Shown here piece by piece: positions 18,693 through 28,785 of a DNA stretch of 52,464 nt. The translations under genes and the position numbers were made by a program. Origin of the DNA: a virus (lineage: Duplodnaviria > Caudoviricetes). The DNA lies in the IMG/VR virus record IMGVR_UViG_3300048999_000016, positions 1 to 52,464 of that record; one strand, 5' to 3'. The notes under the pieces were generated by a model. The model did not search any database, had not been told where the DNA came from, and saw only the letters and a list, made by a program, of their open reading frames with translations. The stretch's first letter is position 1. Each line of letters starts with the position of its first letter.

Positions 18693-21171
18693 TACGCCGC
18701 CTTGTCGCTGCCGTATGCACTGCTAGTGCTTTCGATGTTTTACTATTCGGATTTGCAACCGCTGTTGCGATATGACCGTCTGTGTTGTTCTGGATTTCCT
18801 GCCGGGCAATCACGCGTACGGTGCTATCGTCCATGTGGTTCACTTGAAACGTTGTTCCGCCTAGTGTGTGATCTTCCACCGTGACGTGCAACCTTCCGCC
18901 GCCGCCACCGGTTGATTGTGTTGCCGCGCGCGCTACACTCGCACCGCTGTTAATCGCATTTAACAAAGCGTAGTGCTGTTGGGTTGCGCGTGCGTTCACC
19001 ACGTATTCGCCAGAGGATGCGCGGATCACCATGGAGTCGGATGTCCCGCTGCCGGTTCCGCTCACTGGCCCACCACTGGCGTAATGGGGCACAATGCCGC
19101 CTGTAGCGAAGCCAAACCCCATAAACCCTGCACCGCCTACCGCGCCTGCCCCGCCGCCGCCTACAGGCAACAGGAACGATAGAGCGGCGCGGGTGATTAT
19201 GGCCTGTATCGCCATCTTGATTAGCGCCGAAATGATTTCCTGCAATCCCTCACGCGCAACATTCGTCATTGCTTGCTTGAACGACGTGGCATACACAATG
19301 CTGTGGGCAATGCTATCTGCAAAGCCATCACCGATAGTTTTGAATAGCGATGTAAAATCCCGCTGCACTTCCACGAAATCAGATTTGGGGAATGCTTGCC
19401 GTAACGCGTTACGCGCCGCACCGCCCACAGTGCTAGGGTTGTTTGCGCCGAATTGACCGGTTAATTGATTCTGTTGCGCCTGCACTTGCACACGCTGACT
19501 ATCCAAATTCGTCAGTTGTGCTTTTTGCTCGTTTGGATCGAGAAATTTCTGTGATTGGATTTTCGCTTGACTTTCGGCAATGTCGGCAAGTATTTCGTTA
19601 TACGCCGTCATCTTGGCGTTGTACTCTTCTTGCCGTGCCGTCTGCCCCGAAATCACACCGGTTGCCAAATCAGTTTGCGCCTGCGCAATTGCATTTTGCT
19701 CTGTTACTTGTCGCTGGATCGCGGTATAGTCACGCGCCGCCGTTGCTAAATCGGTCAAGCCTTGAATCTGTTGCCGTAACGCCGCAAGCGATTCCTCGCC
19801 CTGTTGTTTTGAATCTTCGCCGATCATGCGCGCACCTTCAGATTCAAACGCCGCCATGCGTTCTTTGGTATCGCGCTGCACTTCAGACACGTACGCTTTT
19901 TCTGACGTGATCATTTCTTCAAACGCTTTTTTCTGCGAAATACTACCTTGCTGCGCTTGAATCCCTATCATTGTCCAGAACGAAACTACATCGCGCCGAC
20001 CGTCATCACTGAATGCTGCAATTTCCGCCGCTTGGTCCCGCCAACCGGCAATGATCTTTTCCTGCGCGGTTTTGTACGCTTCCATCGCCGCTTTACCTTC
20101 GGCGTATTTTTCATTCTGTGTTGCAAGCGCACCCGTCGCTTTGTCTAAATCTAGTTGTTGCTGTGCCGCACGCACGCCGGTAGCTGCTGTCGCCTCTTCT
20201 TGCCCGTATTGCGTAATCAATCGCTTGTACACTTCCGATTGATCGTTAAATATCGTACCGGGCTGTTTTGACTTATTGATTGCATCCGACAAACGTGTAC
20301 GCGCCGCTTCATAATCTGCGGATGCTTGCCGTAATGCTTCGGTATCTTGTCCAACGTCAAATGCCGATCCAGCCGCGCGCCCACGCTGCGCTTGCCCGGC
20401 ATGACTGCCGATGGCTTCCGCCGCTGTTACGCGTTGTTCGCGCGTATTGCGCAGCATATTTTGCTGGATTTCAATTTCTTTTTGTTCCGAATCAGATAAC
20501 GCCTTAAATGCCGCATCTTGAATTTTGCGGAGTGCGCCCCAATCACGAACCAAATCCGCAACCTTAATCGCCATTTCACCGAGTACATTAATCAGTGCGA
20601 GCGCACCAAATACAGGAAACGCCGTTGATAGCGCCGCACTCATACCGGGAATGATTGTAAGGAATCGCTCTGCCGCGCGAATCGGAATGGAACCACCGAA
20701 TGTACGAATAGCCGCCGACGCCTCATACATATGCACCGTGGTATTTTGCGCGCCGCGTCCGGTGGCATTGGCTGCCGCCGTCAAACCGTTAATGCCCTTT
20801 GTAGATGCGACCGTTGCCGATCCAGTGGCGTTAATCGCCGCTGTCATCTGATTTGCCGACATGATGACAACTTGCATTTGTAACACGAACCGTTGCAAAT
20901 TACCTTCGGCTTTAGCTGCCGCGTCGCTTAAACGACCAATTGCCGCCGCAGAATTGCCCACGCTTCGGGACATTCCGCTTGCCGCCGTCGAAACGCTGGT
21001 TAGATTTCCTGCCGTGATCTTTGCAAGCGCGCCCTGTAATCCTGTTAACTGTTTTTCAGCATTTTCGGCATCTAGTGCAATCGCCTTTAATTTCGGTGAA
21101 ATAGTTGTGGCGATACCATCGCGTACCGTGATGTCAATGCCACTACCTAGATTCATGCCCGGCGTGCCCAT
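18685..21171 (-). CDS. Tape measure protein
   Basis: 828 aa, Ala-rich helical; C-terminal FATGG..ASGGPVSGTGSGTSDS...SSGEYVVNA. Confidence 0.92.
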   Translation of the reverse strand: MGTPGMNLGSGIDITVRDGIATTISPKLKAIALDAENAEKQLTGLQGALAKITAGNLTSVSTAASGMSRSVGNSAAAIGRLSDAAAKAEGNLQRFVLQMQVVIMSANQMTAAINATGSATVASTKGINGLTAAANATGRGAQNTTVHMYEASAAIRTFGGSIPIRAAERFLTIIPGMSAALSTAFPVFGALALINVLGEMAIKVADLVRDWGALRKIQDAAFKALSDSEQKEIEIQQNMLRNTREQRVTAAEAIGSHAGQAQRGRAAGSAFDVGQDTEALRQASADYEAARTRLSDAINKSKQPGTIFNDQSEVYKRLITQYGQEEATAATGVRAAQQQLDLDKATGALATQNEKYAEGKAAMEAYKTAQEKIIAGWRDQAAEIAAFSDDGRRDVVSFWTMIGIQAQQGSISQKKAFEEMITSEKAYVSEVQRDTKERMAAFESEGARMIGEDSKQQGEESLAALRQQIQGLTDLATAARDYTAIQRQVTEQNAIAQAQTDLATGVISGQTARQEEYNAKMTAYNEILADIAESQAKIQSQKFLDPNEQKAQLTNLDSQRVQVQAQQNQLTGQFGANNPSTVGGAARNALRQAFPKSDFVEVQRDFTSLFKTIGDGFADSIAHSIVYATSFKQAMTNVAREGLQEIISALIKMAIQAIITRAALSFLLPVGGGGAGAVGGAGFMGFGFATGGIVPHYASGGPVSGTGSGTSDSMVIRASSGEYVVNARATQQHYALLNAINSGASVARAATQSTGGGGGRLHVTVEDHTLGGTTFQVNHMDDSTVRVIARQEIQNNTDGHIATAVANPNSKTSKALAVHTAATRRRNG

Positions 21172-21638
21172 TATTTGCCTGCCTTGCTAACGAAATCTTC
21201 GATGAGTAGTTCAGCACGTTCCACGAATCCAGCCGGTGCTTGCTTACTGCTGCCATTATTCAATTTCACAATATAAGGCATCCAATTTTGCAAGTGGATC
21301 ACATCACCGGGTTTTTTCTCAATTAACACCGTGCGCGCTGCCTCAAGTGTGGGCGGAATGTTTGCCTCGCGTGTCACTGCCGGATCGATCGTATGCGTCC
21401 AAGTACCGGCAACCATCTTGCCGCGTTGTGACGGTGCGTATGGCGGAATGATTTCCTGCACCGCAGTATTGAGCGTAACGCGCCAATTGGACAACGCCGC
21501 GCCTGTATCCACCGGTGTTACGTTTACAAGATCAGTCAAACCGATAATGACCGCAGTAGATGCAATTTCGCTTGCAAACACGTTGGCTTGTGCGTCAAGA
21601 TTTCGCATTGCCGCTGCCAAATCTTTAAGTGTCGCCAT
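21171..21638 (-). CDS. Tail completion / neck protein (HK97 gp10-like)
   Basis: TPVDTGAALSNW, N..PYI..LN.GSSKQAPAGFV. Confidence 0.85.
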   Translation of the reverse strand: MATLKDLAAAMRNLDAQANVFASEIASTAVIIGLTDLVNVTPVDTGAALSNWRVTLNTAVQEIIPPYAPSQRGKMVAGTWTHTIDPAVTREANIPPTLEAARTVLIEKKPGDVIHLQNWMPYIVKLNNGSSKQAPAGFVERAELLIEDFVSKAGK

Positions 21639-21950
21639 GCTTGCCGCGCTCCAAACTGATCGTGTCTAGCTGTGGAATGATGCGAAACAAAAATTCGGTT
21701 TGTTCTTCGTCGAAATCGTGAAACCGTGCATACTGTGCAACCGATGTCCATGGTATCCGGCCCGGTGACATGCCCACGTGTCGATCACCGCTCAAATCAA
21801 AAAACGCATGCAAATACATTTCCAAGCCGGGCAATAATTCCGTTCTGTTTCTAATTCGTTCCGGTATTTGAGTGCCTGACATACGGCAGTCTCGCAAAAT
21901 CTGCATTTCGACACCGCCGTAATCAAGCGCATATTCAAATACCGATATTA
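21625..21950 (-). CDS. Tail assembly chaperone, frameshifted C-terminal part (gpT-like)
   Basis: The -1 frame is open from the slippery site (LISVFEYALDYGGVEMQILR...AFFDLSGDR.VGM..GRIPW). Confidence 0.8.
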
Positions 21951-22370
21951 GTTTTTTTCCGCCGCCTCCGTTGCAATCGCCTGATAGTTCGCAATCTTCC
22001 CTGCCTCATACGCGAGTGTCAAATACAAATCAGGTAGTTGCGTTAATAGCTTGATTGCGTTGTCATACGAAAATCGAATTTCCTGTTCGTCAATGTCGCG
22101 CACGTGCTGCCAACCTTTCAGATTGGCTTTCACGAATACTTCCACGTTCAAACGAAACATATGTTGCGGGTCGAGCGTGCCTGCCTCGATTTCGCGCGAA
22201 TATGGACGCATGATTTGATCGCGTATTTTCGTGAATTGATGATTTTGTCCACCGATGCGCGCAACGAAAAACGTTGCCTCTGTACCGTCGGCATTAAAAC
22301 CGGCTGGCTTAATTGGTACGCCGCTGACTTCCATTTGTTCGTCAGTTCCAAACGCTTTCCACAGTGACAT
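21948..22370 (-). CDS. Tail assembly chaperone (gpG-like)
   Basis: MSLWKAFGTD..ME..GV, FFVARIGGQN, LPDLY; between tube and tape measure genes. Confidence 0.85.
   Translation of the reverse strand: MSLWKAFGTDEQMEVSGVPIKPAGFNADGTEATFFVARIGGQNHQFTKIRDQIMRPYSREIEAGTLDPQHMFRLNVEVFVKANLKGWQHVRDIDEQEIRFSYDNAIKLLTQLPDLYLTLAYEAGKIANYQAIATEAAEKN
21951..21957 (-). other. -1 programmed ribosomal frameshift site A AAA AAC
   Basis: GAA AAA AAC TAA at the end of the chaperone gene; a -1 slip joins the downstream ORF in frame. Confidence 0.85.
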
Positions 22371-22394
22371 ATTCAAAACACCTTTCGGGATTAT

Positions 22395-22428
22395 GTAAGA
22401 ATGGCCGCACTTAGCGGCCATCTTACCA
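22395..22428 (-). promoter_or_regulatory. Hairpin overlapping a possible extended -10 (TGG TAAGAT)
   Basis: GTAAGATGGCCGC-TAAGT-GCGGCCATTCTTAC downstream of the tube gene. Confidence 0.45.
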
Positions 22429-22453
22429 TGGGAACGCCGCAGTGTGCGCTAAG

Positions 22454-23992
22454 TTACGGCGTCCCCATACCGGCTTGGGGGAGATACAAAAAGAACGTGG
22501 CGAGTAGGGTATATCCCAAATTATTCATCGCCATATTGTTAGTCAATTGCGTTTGAATCGGCTTATCTTTCACAATGTCCAATTGACCGCCGCCCATTGT
22601 CAAAAGTGGCGCGTCCAAGCAAAATCCCTGATTCTTTGCCGCGAAGATCATAAAGTAACCCACATCGGCATTTGCACGAATCGCTTGAATTGCTTCCACC
22701 GAATTAAAGTACGCCGTCAACGTCGCCGTTACATCGAAATCACCGGCAGTGGCATCGAACGCACCGAGTACGCCGACCGCTTTGGTAGGTGTCACGCCGT
22801 TGTTAATCGATAGCTTGACATCCGATGCGAACGCAAACGCCGCGCCGGGATTCAGCGTGGTTGGGTCCAGCAAGTACAAACGTTGCATGAGCAAATCAGT
22901 AGAGCAATTGTATGCTGATTCATCCAAGATTGGCATGCGCGTGCCGGTCATTAGGCCATCCACGCCGGTGCGATACAGCGCGTCCAATCCCACAAACGTC
23001 AAATCAGCATCCAACAATCCCGCTTGCTTGACGTTCAAGGTGATTTGATTAGCGTGGGCACCAACGATGATTTCTGACTGTATGCCGGTGCCATCGTTGC
23101 CAAGCTGCCGTTCCAACGTGTAGGTGCGGCGAATGATCGAAGTACCTTGCTCATTCTTCAACACGCGACCGATGAAAATCGGCATTGTGATGCCGGTGCC
23201 AGTATTGGCGACCGCTGCAAATTGCGTTAAATCGAGCACAAGCGAATGTGCCGACACGCTGTACACGCGAGCATACCCACGGTTGACCGGCACGCCGCCA
23301 CTCTGCATGTATGATCCGGTGAAATCTCCGCCGAGGAAAACCCACTCGCCGGGAATCACGCCTAGTTGCGTGAATAGCGTTGTGGTTGATGTGATAATAA
23401 CGTGATTGCCGCTGATCGTAATCGACAATTCGCCGGTGGCAAACATCACGCCGACTTTATCCAGTTTCGCCGCTGCCGGTGGTGCCTCAGTGACAAGCGC
23501 GCCGGTTGTTGTAACCGTCGTGGCCGAAATTGCCGTGACTTCTGAAATGCCGTTGTTCTGGTAGTTCACAAATCCAGATGCAAGCACAATATCGTTTGCC
23601 GCAAACAACGCTGACAAACCGGCTGCCGCCGTATACGCGTTGCCGCCCGATGTTCCGGTGAGCGGGATTTGCGTACCGTTCAGCGGTTGCGTTGATGCTT
23701 TTTCGCGCATATTCGCAAACCAGAAACCTTGCAAAATACGCTGCAAATTGTTCTGCGTCCAATCCTGATTAAAGCCGCCGCTCGCGTCAAGATCAGTGGT
23801 TGAACCTTTCAACTTCTGGCGCAGATTGTTGATGACGTTGCGCGATGTGTTCGTAACTTTGCCGCCGAAATTGGAATAGCTATTCGGCTCCAGTTGATAA
23901 AACGTTGGCGAACCGGGCAGCACCTTTGGTGTAACTTCTTCGGCGAATGCAAGACCACTCACATTGCTATCAATCGTTGCCGGAACTGTCAT
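22454..23992 (-). CDS. Major tail tube protein
   Basis: IDSNVSGLAFAEE, LEPNSYSNFGG, KGSTTDLDASGGFNQD, LTAYF..V.AIQAIR.N.DV. Confidence 0.9.
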   Translation of the reverse strand: MTVPATIDSNVSGLAFAEEVTPKVLPGSPTFYQLEPNSYSNFGGKVTNTSRNVINNLRQKLKGSTTDLDASGGFNQDWTQNNLQRILQGFWFANMREKASTQPLNGTQIPLTGTSGGNAYTAAAGLSALFAANDIVLASGFVNYQNNGISEVTAISATTVTTTGALVTEAPPAAAKLDKVGVMFATGELSITISGNHVIITSTTTLFTQLGVIPGEWVFLGGDFTGSYMQSGGVPVNRGYARVYSVSAHSLVLDLTQFAAVANTGTGITMPIFIGRVLKNEQGTSIIRRTYTLERQLGNDGTGIQSEIIVGAHANQITLNVKQAGLLDADLTFVGLDALYRTGVDGLMTGTRMPILDESAYNCSTDLLMQRLYLLDPTTLNPGAAFAFASDVKLSINNGVTPTKAVGVLGAFDATAGDFDVTATLTAYFNSVEAIQAIRANADVGYFMIFAAKNQGFCLDAPLLTMGGGQLDIVKDKPIQTQLTNNMAMNNLGYTLLATFFLYLPQAGMGTP

Positions 23993-24001
23993 TGCATCCC
24001 C

Positions 24002-24463
24002 CTAAATTAATTCGTCAAATTGAAAAGTAGCACTCACGTTGAATTGATACCACGCGCCACTTAAACCGATTGGTGCAATCTTCGCATTACGAAACCAAAC
24101 TTTATCGCTCGGTTCACGCTTCCGAAACGTATTTCGGCACATCGTGGCAAGTAACCGACCGCGAGTGTACGCCGGTGGATCGTTCGCCGGTGCGAATACC
24201 TGCGCAAAAATCAAGCCTTGCGACGTGTATAGCTTCGGCCCGTAGCCGCCTGCTAGAGCGGTTTGTGACTCTGTGACCATCTGCTCGGTCACCCTGAGCC
24301 AGTAAGTGCCTGCCGGTGGCGAATCCGGCTTCTCTGCACCCTGCCAACGTATCTCCGGCACTGTCTGTATGCCCACTATGCCGGGAGCATTCGCCGTCCA
24401 ATCGGCCTTTATCATGCCGAACATTGCATCCACTGCCGCCGAATATGTTGTGGTTTGCCCCAT
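24002..24463 (-). CDS. Tail terminator protein
   Basis: GLIFAQVFAP, VWFRNA..IG..GAWYQFNVSATFQFDE; canonical position. Confidence 0.82.
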   Translation of the reverse strand: MGQTTTYSAAVDAMFGMIKADWTANAPGIVGIQTVPEIRWQGAEKPDSPPAGTYWLRVTEQMVTESQTALAGGYGPKLYTSQGLIFAQVFAPANDPPAYTRGRLLATMCRNTFRKREPSDKVWFRNAKIAPIGLSGAWYQFNVSATFQFDELI

Positions 24464-24466
24464 GCG

Positions 24467-24877
24467 TCATTTCTGAAACGTAACGTAATACAACACTGGT
24501 ACGCCGTCCGGTTCCACAACGTCAATCGAACTAATCGCCATTACCGAATTATCTGGTTTGATCACCGTATCTGTTAGTTCCGGTGTAAATGGCACGTTGC
24601 CCGGCAACAAACCCATTTGACCGCCGCCCGGTACATCCGAACCTTTCATCATTGCGTATAACTGTGCTGCCAAACCTTTACCGCGCGTGAGCAAACATTT
24701 CACAATGAATCGTGCCGGTGGCACCGGTGCGTTGTTTAGTTGTTCCTCTGTCACCTTCCACGGCTGTGTAACATCCACTGTTACATTCGTTGCCGCCGCG
24801 TTTGTCTTTACCCACGTAACCGTTGCGCCATCTTCGGCAATCATCGTTGCGGCAAACTGCGCATCCGACAAACTCAC
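24467..24877 (-). CDS. Head closure / head-tail joining protein
   Basis: Position; ending PDGVPVLYYV. Confidence 0.72.
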   Translation of the reverse strand: MSLSDAQFAATMIAEDGATVTWVKTNAAATNVTVDVTQPWKVTEEQLNNAPVPPARFIVKCLLTRGKGLAAQLYAMMKGSDVPGGGQMGLLPGNVPFTPELTDTVIKPDNSVMAISSIDVVEPDGVPVLYYVTFQK

Positions 24878-25404
24878 GCGCGTACCACTTCCAAACCACC
24901 GGCCATACTGCGATTAGTCAACAGTGGCGCGAGTAGTGCGTTCACACTCTCAATAACGGGTGATGTAGTAATGCCGATCCGTTCGCTAAACGTGCGCGTT
25001 AGTACGTCAACCTTGCGCAATGTAAGAAAGCCGCCGCCCTGCGCTTGCGGCAACGATGTGGGCAACAGAATAACGCCGTTGCTTACTTCCATGACTAGTT
25101 GACATTCTGCATCGATGACACGCTGTGGAATTGACGCCGAATCCAGCCACGCGCCACGAAAATCAACATGACGCCGTGGCCAAGACAATTCTTGACCGTT
25201 ATACGTGCAACGTCCCTTGAATTGCCGTTCAAATGTTTCAAGGTACAGCATCGCATGCGTGATTAACGGCAATAGTGCCGTGTCATCTGCCGGTAGCGTG
25301 ATGCCTGCCGGAACCGCATAGGCGCGCACAACGTCACCGGATGCGTAAGAATTCGCCCCGGTGACGTTGCTGCCATCTTCGACGATGATTGGTGACGTGG
25401 GCAT
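24874..25404 (-). CDS. Head-tail adaptor (DnaT-like family)
   Basis: IIVEDGSNVTGANSYAS, QELSWPR, IP..VIDAECQL. Confidence 0.85.
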   Translation of the reverse strand: MPTSPIIVEDGSNVTGANSYASGDVVRAYAVPAGITLPADDTALLPLITHAMLYLETFERQFKGRCTYNGQELSWPRRHVDFRGAWLDSASIPQRVIDAECQLVMEVSNGVILLPTSLPQAQGGGFLTLRKVDVLTRTFSERIGITTSPVIESVNALLAPLLTNRSMAGGLEVVRA

Positions 25405-25406
25405 TG

Positions 25407-25925
25407 TTAGGACGCGTTACGCTGCCATCCTGCCGCTTTGGGTGCACCCGCTGCCGCTGCCGGTGTATCGGGATTCTGCAATTTTGAATCCACTTCCGGC
25501 GAGCCGGTTGCATTCTTCTGGCTGCCCACACGTGCAACGTGATCCACCGGCTTGTTATCGATCACTGCCGTGCGTGTCGCCTGTGCAATCGCAACGTCTG
25601 TTTCGTCGTGCTGCTTTTCGCCGACGGTCGGATTGACCGTATCCGAAACGGGCGCATCCGGCAAAACGGAAATTGTGCCAAGTGGCCGCAACTTCGGACC
25701 ACTCGCCGCAATTTTCTGCGCCTGCAACCGTTCATTGACACGCCGGTTGTTATCGTTCTTGCCGAACTGATCCGAACCGCTCAATTCCGGCAAGTACATT
25801 TCAGTCGGTTCGCTGTACGTCGTTGCCAAGTGCTTTTGATCTTCCGGCAAAGACGCGTTGCGAATATCCGCCTGCTCTTTCAATTGCTGTTGCCGCAAAG
25901 TACCGGGAGTTGCTGCCGTTGCCAT
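25407..25925 (-). CDS. Hypothetical protein downstream of the capsid gene
   Basis: RBS AGGAG; low-complexity 172 aa. Confidence 0.65.
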   Translation of the reverse strand: MATAATPGTLRQQQLKEQADIRNASLPEDQKHLATTYSEPTEMYLPELSGSDQFGKNDNNRRVNERLQAQKIAASGPKLRPLGTISVLPDAPVSDTVNPTVGEKQHDETDVAIAQATRTAVIDNKPVDHVARVGSQKNATGSPEVDSKLQNPDTPAAAAGAPKAAGWQRNAS

Positions 25926-25960
25926 GATCGTTGCTCCTGATTTGAATTTTGTGAAACGGT

Positions 25961-25980
25961 GCGCGGTATTTCTACCGCGC
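25961..25980 (-). terminator. Hairpin after the capsid gene (GAAA tetraloop; weak U tract)
   Basis: GCGCGGTA-GAAA-TACCGCGC. Confidence 0.5.
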
Positions 25981-25984
25981 GCAA

Positions 25985-27019
25985 TTAACCGTTGGTGACC
26001 ATGAACGCAAGTTTCACGTTTTCCCGATATTCAACACGCGCCCAATTCGCCGCAACCTGCAAATCAGCATTCGTTGCATTGACGCCAACGCTTACCGTGC
26101 CGCCGACGAAATTGTAACCGGCTGGATGCATCATCATCGATTTGCGTTCGATTAGAATATCGACGCCGCCGCCGTTACCCTGCAAGGGCTGCCGGTAAAT
26201 TTCCACCGGCACTTGCGTGGTGCCTGCCGCGTAGCCGATCGCGCCCTGTGCGAAGAGAATCGACAAGTACCGCGCCGCAACCAACGTGCCGCCGCTGCCC
26301 GTCGCCGGGAAAAACGGCATGTCTTCGTCAACGATGACAAGTTTCTCATCGAAGTACGGCATTTTGATTGGTACTTGTGACGGTTGCACATACGTGATCA
26401 GTTCGTTCTTGATCATGTTGGAAAGCACGGTCGGGTGCACCATGAGTGCCGCAACATCGCCGAAATGCTCACCGAGAGTGAAATTTGCGTCAACGAACGC
26501 GTTGCGCGCAAATTGGTTTGCCGTTGTGGGCGCAACCGCCGCGCCTGCCGCAATGTTAACAACCATGTCGGCACTGTTCTGTGCAACGTTGGCGTTGTAC
26601 ACGCCTAGCACCGTTGCGAGCAAACGTGACTGCCAACGCCGCTGCCAATACCGATCAGTGCGCGCGCGGATTGCCGCCATCGGATCAGTACCGGCAAGTT
26701 CGCGCACAAGATTCGCCGCGCTCCATGCCTGATCCAAAAATGCCTTGCGCATTTTCCATTCGAGCGTGCCGAGTTTCAACGGCACTGCAACGTCAGCCGG
26801 GTTATCCGTCTGGTAATTCGGCTCGATGGTACGATCCAAATCGCCCCACGCGGGGACCGTGACTTCCAAGCCGGTGTCACTGTCGAGCGCCGCACGCAAA
26901 ATTGGATCTTGCGTAACAATGCCACTCTCAAAGATCGCTGTAAGTTTGGGGTTAATTACATCCTGATACGAAAGGAAAACCGACGGAATAATAACATCCG
27001 AGAGTTGCACGAGTGCCAT
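25985..27019 (-). CDS. Major capsid protein
   Basis: 344 aa after the scaffold; MALVQLSDVIIP, ELAGTDPM.AI..R...YW.R.WQ, GNGGG.DIL.ERK..MMHP.G. Confidence 0.92.
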   Translation of the reverse strand: MALVQLSDVIIPSVFLSYQDVINPKLTAIFESGIVTQDPILRAALDSDTGLEVTVPAWGDLDRTIEPNYQTDNPADVAVPLKLGTLEWKMRKAFLDQAWSAANLVRELAGTDPMAAIRARTDRYWQRRWQSRLLATVLGVYNANVAQNSADMVVNIAAGAAVAPTTANQFARNAFVDANFTLGEHFGDVAALMVHPTVLSNMIKNELITYVQPSQVPIKMPYFDEKLVIVDEDMPFFPATGSGGTLVAARYLSILFAQGAIGYAAGTTQVPVEIYRQPLQGNGGGVDILIERKSMMMHPAGYNFVGGTVSVGVNATNADLQVAANWARVEYRENVKLAFMVTNG

Positions 27020-27045
27020 GGCTTAACGCTCCGCGAAACGCATCC

Positions 27046-27789
27046 TCAGATGCGGATTTGTTGCGAAGACCGTAGCGCATTACTCTCCCGCGCAAACTTG
27101 TCGGGGTCGGTGCGCAACAGTTCCGCCCGTTCAAGGCCATTCAAGTCCTTAAACGGTTTGGACTGCGGGGCACCGCCGCCGCCATTCCTTTGGTCACCGT
27201 TGGCACCGCCACCGGCTGCTTTGCTGCCAATCAAGATTGAATGCAAATCTTTATTGGCCTTGATTTCTTTCTTGAACGTATCTGCCGTTGCCGCTTCATC
27301 CACTGAACCGTCTTCATGCAGAAATTGCACAACCGGCTTGCCGTCATCATCGATTGCAACCTTGATCCGGTCAATCACATACTTTTGACCGATCTTGGGA
27401 ACCGTAAACAATTCGGTAGCGATTGCCTGCGCCGTCTGTTGGCGCAAATGTTCTTGCGTAGCTGTAAGCTGCGCCGTTGCCTTGCTCAAATCAGCGGTGT
27501 ACTTATCGTTCCACTCTTTTTCGATTTGCTTCGCAGTTTTTTCCTTGCCGTCGCCGCTGGAATGTTTCGCGCGTTCCGCCGCAAGTTCCGCTTCCAAATC
27601 CGCTGCTTTCTTGCCGCGTTCCTTCGCCTCTTGCTTCTCACGTGCGAGCGCACGTTTCAGTGCACCGGTATCCTCGGTTCCTTCCACGTCGAGCGTAAAC
27701 TCACCATCGCCATTGTCCACGTACTCTTTTCGCACCGCTTCGCTAAGTGCGTCATGCTCGGCCTTGGTGATCTTCGCTTTCAACGCCAT
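27046..27789 (-). CDS. Capsid scaffolding protein
   Basis: MALKAKI...EY...GDGEF.LDVEG.EDTGALKRAL.REK; coiled coil; GSKAAGGGA. Confidence 0.85.
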   Translation of the reverse strand: MALKAKITKAEHDALSEAVRKEYVDNGDGEFTLDVEGTEDTGALKRALAREKQEAKERGKKAADLEAELAAERAKHSSGDGKEKTAKQIEKEWNDKYTADLSKATAQLTATQEHLRQQTAQAIATELFTVPKIGQKYVIDRIKVAIDDDGKPVVQFLHEDGSVDEAATADTFKKEIKANKDLHSILIGSKAAGGGANGDQRNGGGGAPQSKPFKDLNGLERAELLRTDPDKFARESNALRSSQQIRI

Positions 27790-27807
27790 AAATCGAAACG
27801 CTCCCGG

Positions 27808-28785
27808 TTACTTATTGATGAATGAAACGATCTTCGCTCTAAACTGATCATCTGTCAACGGTCGGGTTGCAGAAATTCCTCTGATCATATCTTGGATGCT
27901 AACTGCCAACGTGCCCACATAGGCGGATTGCGTCGGCATTTGGATATTATCCTCAACAGCGACAACCGGCATCGTGTGGGCACGGCATCCGTAGTGCCCC
28001 GGTGGAACTGGCCCTTTACCGTTCTGGTAAACGTTGCCGTTATGTTCGATGCAAAAATCGGTAGTCTTTTCATCTAAAATCGAGCACCACATATACGCTG
28101 CAAGAAAAATTGAACCTACCGCAAGATTGGTAATTGCATGCGCGTGTTGAATCACTGTGCTCGTATTTGTCGCCGCCTGATTATTGAATATTGCAAACTG
28201 ATCACGAAACGCCGTGATTAATGTTGGTTTATCCCAACCGTTCACATACGCACGTTGAATAAGCGCATTTGTTTTTTTGAGATGAGTTAATGCCATTTCG
28301 TTTATCATCTCAACCGGATACATACCAGTAGCGCCGACCGGTGTATTTTTGATTACGCTCCAGAGCGTTTGCGGTTCTGTCGCCGCAGTAATGCCCCGGT
28401 GCGAACCATGCGCGCGAGCTTCTTCCGCTTCGCCGACACTTTGCGTAAATGCTGCCTCATAGATTTTGGTTGCGGCATCTTGATCCACTTCCACGAATGC
28501 TTGCAACTGCGCAATTAATTCGTTGACGTATTTGCTGTAAAATCCGGCTTCGGCTTCTTTCAATTGCCAAATAAACTGCCGTAACTCTGCCTTGCGAAAT
28601 CCATCGAGTGTTTCATACCGCACAGCGTTAATGTACTGCGTGAATTGCGCAAGTAACACCGCAAGGTGCCGTGAATACTCGTTTGCAAATCGTGCCTTGA
28701 TTCCTTGCAAATATGATTGAAATAGAAACAACCATAGAAACAATTCACGATTTCGCTTTTCAAATTGATCGAATGTTTCCGCCAT
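27808..28785 (-). CDS. Minor head protein (SPP1 gp7/MuF-like)
   Basis: WCSILDEKTTDFC...PPGHYGCR. Confidence 0.85.
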   Translation of the reverse strand: MAETFDQFEKRNRELFLWLFLFQSYLQGIKARFANEYSRHLAVLLAQFTQYINAVRYETLDGFRKAELRQFIWQLKEAEAGFYSKYVNELIAQLQAFVEVDQDAATKIYEAAFTQSVGEAEEARAHGSHRGITAATEPQTLWSVIKNTPVGATGMYPVEMINEMALTHLKKTNALIQRAYVNGWDKPTLITAFRDQFAIFNNQAATNTSTVIQHAHAITNLAVGSIFLAAYMWCSILDEKTTDFCIEHNGNVYQNGKGPVPPGHYGCRAHTMPVVAVEDNIQMPTQSAYVGTLAVSIQDMIRGISATRPLTDDQFRAKIVSFINK

